Below are positions 1 to 9,293 of a stretch of DNA of 64,000 bases, piece by piece. Under the pieces are notes generated by a model. The model was not told the origin of the DNA. It searched no databases and worked only from the letters and a program-made list of their open reading frames with translations. The translations under genes were made by a program, and so were the position numbers. The stretch comes from Yuukianura sp. NJ FZ-2021 (taxonomy: Eukaryota): positions 620,001-684,000 of the forward strand of contig CM102289.1 of the NCBI GenBank assembly GCA_046563655.1, read 5' to 3'. The first letter of the stretch is position 1. Each line of letters opens with the position of its first letter.

Positions 1-518
1 TTTAAATTTTAGTTAATGTTGAGGCAAGTCAAAATTGGTAAAAGTGTGGCACCAGCGTTCACAATTTAGACTCTCGTTATTTAAGAAAGTTATATAAATC
101 ACTAGGCAATCAGTGGCGCCGCCATTGTTACCTGGTTACAACTCACGCAACTTTGGTTTACTCATGCTGAGGTCGGACATACTTTCTTGTAAATATGTAT
201 ATGATATTAGCGATAGAGCGCAATAAATCCATGTTTTGAAAATTTTTGATGAAGATTTAAGAAGGAGTCACACATGGCAACAGGGGGTCTCGTTTCGGCT
301 CAAATTAATTAACTTTGGCCTTATAAGTATTCACAGGAATAACGCAGAAATGTGTATAAGGACTCTAAAAATTCGTTGTTGCCAGTAGAATAAGTTATAT
401 TTCTCAGAATTTGCCTTTTTTGTTGTGGAATAACAATAAAAATTGCATACAACGTTTATTTTTTTCTAAGAGTGTTGCGATACAAAAATTCTGGAATTTG
501 GCAAATATAACTTATGAG

Positions 519-916
519 GGTTGGATTATACCCATGTGTACGCATGTTAAAAACAAAAATTTCGAGAAAAAGGGCAATGACATCTCAAAACAACCCAAAA
601 AATGACCCCTACAAGAGTTGTTGGGCTTGATGAGGCGATCATTTTTTGTCCTCTGACATATGAACCTGTGACCTTCCGTTGAGGGCATAGGTCAATTTGA
701 AAGTTTGTAAGGTTAGGTTAGGTTAAACCTACAAATTGACCTGTGACCTCAATGGAAGGTGACAGGGTCATATGTCAGAGGACAAAAAATGATCGCCTCA
801 TCAAGCCCAACAACTTTTGTAGGGGTCATTTTTTGGGTTGTCTTGAGATGTCATTGACCTTTTTCTGGAAATTTTTCTAAGTTTTTAACATGCGTACACA
901 TGGGTATAATCCAACC
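519..916. repeat. ~400-bp palindrome (foldback/MITE-like) with (TTAGG)n in the loop
   Basis: Arm 519-~700 (ggttggattatacccatgtgtacgcatg...) is the near-perfect reverse complement of ~730-916; the centre contains ggttaggttaggtta. Confidence 0.85.
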
Positions 917-950
917 AAAGTTTGCATTCCATCTTTTTGGTTGTCGATTG

Positions 951-1440
951 CAAGGCAACTAAACAAAAAGACACATGAGCTTTCTAAGGTAGTCTCACGA
1001 GCGGTTTTTTCAGCTATTTTTGCGATATTTTTTGGTGGGGCGGATTGTTTGTTTTTTAAACATTCCTCTGACAACGTTTTCCTTCGGTCGAAGTACAAAA
1101 TCAAATTCCTCCATTGTGACCATCCAGTGTACCCAATCATTGGGCTAGTAGTGTACATTGGTTTTACGATTGGAAAATGGAGTAAACAAATTTTACGCTT
1201 ACAATTACTACGAATTCAATGGAACTCAATAACAAATAGTTGATTTGCGTAAAATACTGAACACTGGGTACAACTAACCCATCAATTTTACCTCAACCAG
1301 CCTTTGCACGAATTTTATACCGTTTTATTTCCTTGGAAACCGAACAATCCCCCCAGCAAAAAATATCGCAAAAAAATATTAAAAAACCGCTCGTGAGACT
1401 ACCTTAGAAAGCTCGTGTGTCTTTTTGTTTAGTTGCCTTG
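951..1440. mobile_element. hAT-like MITE
   Basis: ~90-bp TIRs (caaggcaactaaacaaaaagacac... / ...gtgtctttttgtttagttgccttg); 8-bp TSD gtcgattg / gtcaattg (1 mismatch). Confidence 0.8.
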
Positions 1441-1896
1441 GTCAATTGGACTAAAAACGAAAACAAACAATTAAAAATAACGATTTTAATCACGATTAGC
1501 TACAAATGTCTAACGCCCCCAGGGGGCGGCAAAAATGCCTTAGCGACCAAAACCGATTCTTTATTTGTTTACAATTTCACTCACAGTGACGTCACTCCGA
1601 GTGAAAATACAGGTTCATCCGAGTTTTTAAGCTATTTTTAAGTTTGCGGCGAAAGTATTGAGACTAAAATGCTGAAAATTTTGAACAACACTGTAAATGA
1701 GTGAACTCGGAGTCACAGAAATCCCATAGCAACTCAGTTTTGAAAAAACAATTTTCAACAACCGTACCTATAAGTATTCTATTTACCTTGTAACGCCCCT
1801 AGTAAATACGTAACTTGTTCCTTATTCCTTTATTATAAAAAACTGTGAATATAATAATACCCTTGTACCTAGAGCAAAAACATAAAAATTCTAATG

Positions 1897-3453
1897 CTAG
1901 AAAGCGAAAATTGACAAAATTTTAGAACGATTTCTGAAAACTTTGCGGTTATTTCTATAGACATCAGAAGAAACAAGATGACCGTCCTTGTAGTGGTGGA
2001 TGACCGTCTTTCCAATAGAATCCAATTTTCCATAAAAGTCGGTGTCAACGTAAACAAATCTTGCAGTCTTCGAGTTTGATCCTGACGTTCTCTTCTTGAT
2101 CAAAAACCAAAACATCTCCAATATTTTCACCCAGTGATCCTCTTGATCCTCTTCGAAGTTCGTATATAGCACAAAAGTGTCCACACTGTCATTGTAGATG
2201 TGGTTATAAATTATGTCGGGAGTAGTAATTTCACGTTTTTTTGAAATAAAAATCACATTACGACCACTCAATTCCTTGTACATTGCAGCTCTATATTGTG
2301 CTTCCTGGTAGGACTGCTTTTCCTCCAACACGTAGCTGACTTTTGAAGGTGCAAGATCATGTTGCTCATATTTTTCAATGAGTTCTGCCAAATATGCGAC
2401 AGGCACATGTTGAAGTTGCAATTTTAGAACGCGTTGACGGAATTCATTGCGAAATTCAGATTCCAAATATTCTATTTCTTTTACTTCTTTCTCACTAAAG
2501 GTGGAAGTTGGTTTGCCACTTTCTCTGGAATCGTGAAATGTCAATGCATCTCTGAGTCGTTGTTTTGAGACTAGAATGTCGTCGAATAAACTAACAATAC
2601 GGAATATAAAGCTTGGATCCAATTCCAATTTTTTCGGAGTGTTGAAGTTCTTCTGATACTTAAGGTTAAATGTACTTAAAGGGACAAGGGTGTAACTAAG
2701 TTGTGTTCCGCCTGCGTGTCCACGACTTGTTCTGACTGGTAGCTGCGCATAGCTATGGATAAGGTCACGAGCTCCTGCAACAGTATTTGGATATGACACT
2801 TTCGTAAGAATGTCCCTCGCGAAATGGAATTTTGAATCCATGGCAACTTCAGATTCTAGTAAGTTTCTCCGGTCAAGTCCTCGAGCGGTACCAACAATGA
2901 AACGGAAGCAAGTTTTTAAAATTTCAAGCACGTCTGCCTTCTCTCGGTTATCTTTATTGTGGTAAGTGGCAGTTGCAAATAGATTAGATCCCCATAAGAT
3001 TGAAGCAACAAAATGTGTTGATTCGGTGGTGTCGGGTTCATCGAATATCATCTCGTGTACAGTTTCATACTCCAATACTTCACGTACGGTGGTAATTTGA
3101 TACTTCAAGGTACAGCTGACGTCTTGTGGATGGCACATTTCCTGTTCCAAGTAATGTTTAGCACTTCCTTTCACTGGAATCGTTCCTCCGAGAACATTCA
3201 GTATAAGATCATCTGTTATGTCTAAGTGCTTTAGTCTTTCGGAAAGTCTGTCGGATTCGATAAACGTTATTTCTTTTGTTAGTACTTCATTCCTGTGGCC
3301 CCCTACACTTGCAAACTCACCAAATATGCTTCTTCCTGTAAATCTTTTTGACCGGATATTATATAAATCTCCCAGTTTTGCAATCTCTCCAAGAGCTGGA
3401 CGTAGGATTGAGTCCATGACGCAAGAATGTCGTTGATAAGGAACCGGAAACAA
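1897..3453 (-). CDS. Stonustoxin/neoverrucotoxin-like (MACPF/CDC-type) pore-forming protein, intronless, no PRY-SPRY domain
   Basis: Motifs RPALGEIAKLGDLYN, LGGTIPVKGSAKHY, TLKYQITT, THFVASILWGSN match the SNTX N-terminal domain; C-terminal RFVYVD..IHHYKDG resembles the thioredoxin-like domain. The true start may be MDSI, slightly downstream. Confidence 0.8.
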   Translation of the reverse strand: MFPVPYQRHSCVMDSILRPALGEIAKLGDLYNIRSKRFTGRSIFGEFASVGGHRNEVLTKEITFIESDRLSERLKHLDITDDLILNVLGGTIPVKGSAKHYLEQEMCHPQDVSCTLKYQITTVREVLEYETVHEMIFDEPDTTESTHFVASILWGSNLFATATYHNKDNREKADVLEILKTCFRFIVGTARGLDRRNLLESEVAMDSKFHFARDILTKVSYPNTVAGARDLIHSYAQLPVRTSRGHAGGTQLSYTLVPLSTFNLKYQKNFNTPKKLELDPSFIFRIVSLFDDILVSKQRLRDALTFHDSRESGKPTSTFSEKEVKEIEYLESEFRNEFRQRVLKLQLQHVPVAYLAELIEKYEQHDLAPSKVSYVLEEKQSYQEAQYRAAMYKELSGRNVIFISKKREITTPDIIYNHIYNDSVDTFVLYTNFEEDQEDHWVKILEMFWFLIKKRTSGSNSKTARFVYVDTDFYGKLDSIGKTVIHHYKDGHLVSSDVYRNNRKVFRNRSKILSIFAF

Positions 3454-4389
3454 ATTCGGTTAGATGAAAAGAAAATTTCGGAAGAGCACGGTAATCCAAT
3501 TTTTTGTCAACGTTGTCTTCAACTGTATGGGAACACACTTCCAACTGTATGGGATTGTTCCAAGGGAAGTTTTCAAAATCTAAACTCTGCAAATGAGATA
3601 GATCCTCATAGAGAATTGATTTACTTAATGGTAGTTGATATTCCGTCATAAATTATGTCAACTTTTTTCACAAAAAAAATAATTCCACGACTTCCTTGTA
3701 TTAGTTAAAATTAGCTAATTTCTGAATAGTATAGACTTAAGTCCATATTATAAAAGGACAAACCTGATGATTTGTGGAGCGTTGACTCAGATGATAGTAT
3801 AAAAAATACTACTAAAACTTATACCCCACTTTTACTTGTCCACTTGTGCAAAAGCAAAAAAAAAGTTTATAAGTACGACCGAGTAGTAAGTTTAACTTGC
3901 AAGTAACTTGCGAAACGCATATTTATGAAAACAGTTTATAATCGGTACTTCATCGTTCAAAAATTTGGTTTGTGAGATGCTTTTTGTGTCTTTCAAAAAA
4001 ATCTGTTCAAAATTTTGGGGTCCAAAACCCTTTCGGGTCAAAATTTTGAGGACAAACTTCAATCCAATTTTTCAGAAAAAGTCACAGATCGCCCATATCA
4101 TAAAATTTAACTAAAAAATAAATAAATAAAAGACACACAAAGAAGTTTATTTAAAAAAGTCGCATAATGATAGAGCAAGGCTAACGCAAAATAAATTCAA
4201 ATTTTGAAAAATCCCGCGCAACATACAACTTCTATTCACATTTTGTTTCAAAAGTTTGTAGTTTATTTAGTGTTCCGGAGAAGACTATTAAGCCGACTCT
4301 GTCGGTCCGTCTGTCACTGTTTTATATTTGAACACAAATTCAAACGTTGGTAACTTTTTATTCAAATTTTGTTACAAAGTATATGCTTT

Positions 4390-4719
4390 CTAATGTAATG
4401 AAATCAAATTTTCAATTTCTCCATAGCACTTGAATTTGCCGCAGTTGTCTTCGCAGCACAATTCGTACTCAGCATCACAAGCCAATCCTGGCTCGTTGTT
4501 GCAGTGGAGTGGTTGCCAATCAAACGTACACGCAACAGGCTTGCTTCGGTCAATCGGTGGGCAACCCGATTCTACAACAAAAATTTTTAATAGGAAATTG
4601 TCAAGTAAGAGAAGTTCGAAAAAGTTTGTGATTTGAAATTTAACTTAAAGTGGATGCTTACCCTCAGCCACGGCGACCATTGCTGCAACAGCGACGAGCA
4701 ACACAACAAACGACTTCAT
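4390..4719 (-). CDS. Secreted single-WAP-domain (four-disulfide core) peptide, 79 aa; exons 4719-4662 and 4571-4390
   Basis: Manual splice with GT-AG intron: MKSFVVLLVAVAAMVAVAE + ESGCPPIDRSKPVACTFDWQPLHCNNEPGLACDAEYELCCEDNCGKFKCYGEIENLISLH*; 8 Cys including CC. Confidence 0.8.
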
Positions 4720-5747
4720 TCTGACTACAGGCGGCAGTTAAGTTAATGCTGGATTAAATGTTAAGAATAACTTTAAATTTCAGTTAATTTGAAGCGTAAT
4801 AGGAATGTGTTTCCGGAAGTTAGGAGAGTATCTGAAGTAGTAACAGTGAGGTAACACCTCAACTGTGGTTATGTAGAGATATTTTAGCGGTACTGTCAAT
4901 TAATTATAGGCTGTCGGATAACGTATCGATTAATTTTTTGTGGTTAATTAAGCATGAAAGGAGTTTTACATTCTTTTAGCTACGACCCTCAAATATTTCC
5001 TAACAAGAATCTTGGCTGGCCTTTGGCCAGCCAAAGATTCTTGACTGTTGCGTACGTACCAGTTTGACGGATTAATTTTAAAGAAAAAACGATATCCCAA
5101 TCGTCAAATTAACAAAAAGATCGACCAACCAAAATTGGGTACAATTAGCCGGTACATGGTTTACTTCAACCCTGTGTTGTCAAAATTCAATTGAAGTGCA
5201 GTGAGAGTTAACTCCTGTGGTGGATAACCTTGAATTCAAAGCCAGAGTTTACTCTCACTCCACTCACATGAGGTCGGACAGACATTATCCTGTAATATAG
5301 ATTAGATGCATTCTTCAAATTGCCAAATTTAGGTCAAAATGGGTAAAAGTAGCAATGGAGTTCTTAATTTAGAAAAAATTTCGTTAATATACACTCGTTA
5401 ATACACAGTATAGGACTCGGATTGAATTTTTAATCTACCAGAATCAAAAAAAATATTGTGATTCACAATCAGAGTAAAATGTTGGCGAGTTCGCGTGAAT
5501 GATTTTAGTACTACAGACAAAATCATTTTCAAATCGATACCTCTCTATTTAGCGTGCGTGATTGTAATCGTTGGTGTAGTATCAAGTACCATTATAGTAT
5601 CAAGTCGTCAAATCAACATTATCCGATAATTCCTAGGATTAGTAAGACATCCATTGTTGTTGTTTCGGTTGAAGTACACTTTAATGTACACTGGCGTTTA
5701 TCTCTCAGCCAGAATTCAAACTTCATGTATAGAATTTGTGGTTGCGG

Positions 5748-5976
5748 TAAGCTTTAACGACCGTCATTGTAGCCGCACAGTGTAGCCGCTCCGCCATTTT
5801 TTGTGGCAACAATGGGTGGCTACACTGTGTGGCAACTTATGTTGCCACTTTAGGTTAGGTTAGGTTAGGTTAAAGAGGCTACTTAAGTTGCCGCTCAGGT
5901 GTAGCCACCCATTGTAGCCACAAAAAATGGCGGAGCGGCTACACTGTGCGGCTACAATGACGGTCGCTAATCCTTA
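5748..5976. mobile_element. Palindromic MITE-like element with (TTAGG)4 core
   Basis: Arms from 5758 and to 5966 are near-perfect inverted repeats around ttaggttaggttaggttaggtta (5849-5872); the right end is aatcctta. Confidence 0.8.
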
Positions 5977-6076
5977 AGTTGACCGAATTTGTGTATTGGA
6001 AGTCGGAGTCCAACTTCAACGTTTGACTACTTCTTGTTTTTACTTAAATAGAATTGTATTTCAATTAAATTTCACA

Positions 6077-7102
6077 ATGCAATCGATAATTAGTGAAATA
6101 CGGGCGTTTGTCAACGTCACCCGTGGTATTCACAACGATTTTTTGAGGGTCTTTGGAACTGGAGGCCCAACACCATTTTCTGGAACCCCTGCATATCTCA
6201 CAGGTTAATTAGTTTTCCATTGTTAGTTAAATTGATCACATCGCAATTGCTTAATTGGAATTAAGCAAAGGTTCACGTTAGCTGAACATTTCCAATTGTG
6301 TAAGTGCTTATTTGATCTTTGATTACAGAACCAGCATTCAGCGCAGAATCATCTATGATCCAAGATGCAGATAATCATCTGGAAGATACAAAGACACAAG
6401 GATTCCTGTGGGCAGTACCAAAAAAGCGGACATCGCTTGAGAAACGTTGGTGTAAGCAAATGGGTGCCACCAATTGGTACTGGAAGATGCTCATTCCCAA
6501 GTACAACATAAGACTCTGCGAGACATGCGGTCATCACTACGAAGCCAAGCATTTATGTCGTAAGTTTGAACTGGTAGGAGTAAGGTGTAGGGTGCCAATG
6601 GTAACCCCCTATTGTAACCCCCCGTTGTAACACCACATTGCAGGTGTTAGGTTTTTTAAAATTCACAATACTGATTACGTCTCGAGGTTAGGTTGGGGGT
6701 TACAATAGAGGGTTACCATTGGCACCCTCTCCCTTACTCCAGCCGTTTGAACTTAACAACGTAGTCTTGTCAATAACTGTAACCGAAGTATCACAATAAT
6801 CAAGTTTCTCTTACGTTTTAGGTAATTGCTACGAGAAAGTGAAGGCAGAGACAGAGACAATTCGGAAACAAATTGAGAAGGACATTGGAGAGAATCCAGA
6901 GGACAAAGGTGTCGTCGTACTCTACGAAAACGAGAAAGAGATGCTGGCAGCATCCAAGACTTCGTACCCAAAGGGTCACATGTTGGTGGAAATCCCGAAA
7001 CCACGTCCAGCCTGGTTCTCTAGCAACTTATTACAGAAGACCACTGCAGAACCAGATCCAGTTACCACAACTGTAGCAACTACAAAGCCAAATCTCGGTT
7101 AG
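6077..7102 (+). CDS. mRpL32: Mitochondrial ribosomal protein L32; exons ~6077-6203, 6329-6559, 6822-7102
   Basis: FLWAVPKKRTSLEKR...CETCGHHYEAKHLC.NCYEKVKAET zinc-binding bL32m signature; RPAWFS motif. Confidence 0.92.
6573..6744. mobile_element. Mutator-like MITE in mRpL32 intron 2
   Basis: Long TIRs (ggagtaagg..ggtgccaatggtaaccc / gggttaccattggcaccc..ccttactcc) flanked by the 9-bp direct repeat gtttgaact. Confidence 0.75.
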
Positions 7103-7231
7103 AATAAACACACTTAACATTTTTTTTTAAACAACCACCACCTTGGTCCCAATTTATTATCACTTTAATAAAACTTGTCATCTAACTTCTTAACTAAACG
7201 AATTCATAGAACACTTAGGCCTAACTCTACA

Positions 7232-7888
7232 TTAGTCTGGCAAAAAAACGTCAATCAGCTGAGTAAATCGTCGTCTCGTATGCTTATGCTTCCGGAATGG
7301 AGGGAGACCGTGACCTTGACCTTGACAGTTTTCGAATTTTCGCGGTTTTTTTTTAAATCTACTCTGACGAAGGAGAGCACCAATGTTCAGCAACGTGGAG
7401 TTCAAGGGCATCGAAATCCACTGGATTGGTTCCACCCTCGAATTCAATGCCACATACAGGACAAATCTGCATTTCGTATTCTGGAACACATAGAAACAGG
7501 ATTACTGTGATTGCATTTCAATCTGCTAAAGTTAATTGATTAATTAATCAGTCAACACTAATTCTTAAGTTGAATTTACTTTTGACGTACTCTGTTTTGG
7601 TAGTGTTTCTGTTTTAGAAGATTGAGCAGAAGCAGAAGTATCTCCTCCCTCAGCTGCTGCTGTTGCTAAGTTCGTTCCAGTATCGTTTCTAGTTATTTCC
7701 GGCAGATTCGATACTTCTGACTTCTGCTTCGCATTTTCGAGGTTCTGGCGAAGAGTTTCTTGCTGGGAGAGCAAGAATTGCTTCAACTTGGAAAAAAACT
7801 CAGACTGGTTCTGCAGATACTGCGGAGATACATCCTCTTCCGAACTTTCTGGAAGGCTGTTTTCTTTTGTCTCACTGTAGACCGACAT
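7232..7888 (-). CDS. Uncharacterised protein (coiled-coil N-terminal part, probably 2 exons)
   Basis: Two ORFs (107 and 85 aa) separated by an intron-like AT-rich stretch; no family recognised. Confidence 0.4.
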
Positions 7889-7908
7889 TCTAGTTGCTTA
7901 AGTCTTGA

Positions 7909-8427
7909 TTAGTTCATTGGCTTCTGCTTCACTGTTTTAGGTTTAGGGTTAGGGGCATTTGGATTCTCAGATTGATAGAAGATTTTAAGCAGTTGAATTG
8001 CCTCTTCAGCACGACACTGACTTATTACTGTTGGTTGGAAAGAATTTTCCAGTTGAAAGACGTTCAGAACTGACTCACATCCACCAAATCTAGGATTGGC
8101 ACATCCATAGACGATTACTGGAACCCTGAGTTGCTCTAAAGCAGAAGCACACATCACACATGGTTCAACTGTGACATAAAGATGACACTGGCTAAATACT
8201 TCTGTAGATGATTGTCCGTTGGTTTCACACCATAGATAAACTTCGTCAATGGCAACAATTTCACCGTGGAGTCTGGGATTCTTGGCTTCGTTCACGCGAT
8301 TCCTTCCACCTCCAACTATTTTTCCGTTGAATACAAACACACAACCAATCGGAGCTTCATTTGCATCCAATGCTTCCTTGGCCAGGTCAAAAGCAGCATC
8401 CAGAAAAGTGGGATCTGGTGAAATCAT
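7909..8427 (-). CDS. ADAT2: tRNA-specific adenosine deaminase subunit 2
   Basis: EAPIGCVFV, HGE, LYVTVEPCVMC, VYGCANPRFGGC and C-terminal ENPNAP motifs. Confidence 0.92.
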   Translation of the reverse strand: MISPDPTFLDAAFDLAKEALDANEAPIGCVFVFNGKIVGGGRNRVNEAKNPRLHGEIVAIDEVYLWCETNGQSSTEVFSQCHLYVTVEPCVMCASALEQLRVPVIVYGCANPRFGGCESVLNVFQLENSFQPTVISQCRAEEAIQLLKIFYQSENPNAPNPKPKTVKQKPMN

Positions 8428-9293
8428 GACATGAGTGTAGAATCGAATAGAATAGCACTGATAACGCCCGTTAACATATCAGATCCATTGACTTCATTCT
8501 GCTTCGATGACCACTCCCTGGAATTCATAATACACAATATTGGTCAATTACTTGTACAATTAATTGGTCAATTAATACGATTTTGCTTCTATAATTTACC
8601 TTTTCCTGCGAGAACTGCAATAAATTCTACCGTCTGATTTGATAGTACAAACTCTCCTTGACTGAAATTTCCTTCTAAAATTGGGGTCTAACTAAAACGC
8701 TGATTCCGGAATAGGAAGATGCTGCGCACCCTACAAGAAACAGACAGTCCAACCAAACTTCGCAGCAACCTGCGATCCGCGACTTAGGGAGACACCAAAA
8801 CTCGTGAAGAATCATCAATGGTATGTGCTAAACCGCTGAATACTACGAAAGATCAGACTGTGAGCAAAAAAGTGCATTCTAATCCACGGATTATCCTTCA
8901 TTCTAATCTACAACAGTACATTCTAACTTAGAATGTACTTCTTTTTTTTTACATTCTCCTTAGAACTTCTATCAGGACAATGGAAAAACGTAGAATGTAC
9001 TTTGTTTTTTTCTTACATTGTCCTTAGAAATTCTAAAAACAACGTAAAAAAGTACAATTATTCTAATTTAATACATGACAAAGAAGAGCGAAATAAAATA
9101 TAAGTCCTGGTAAAAATCGATGCTTGATTTATTCAATTCAACTGTCAGCTCCCACTATTCCTTCTCTCTCTTTCGTTTTCTAGTCGTTTCTTCTTGATTT
9201 CCTGTTAGCGTTATCTTTCGAACGTAAATTTGAAATTTGGGCAATTTGGACACAGGGAGTGGTCGTATTAGTGTGTGGTTGGAGATTGTTGAG

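Noticed and set aside
411..1641. Short ORFs of 64-117 aa
   Set aside because: They overlap the palindrome and hAT MITE and show no recognisable protein features
5849..5872. True telomere or chromosome fusion site
   Set aside because: Only about 4 repeats, single orientation, embedded in a dispersed element within a gene-dense region
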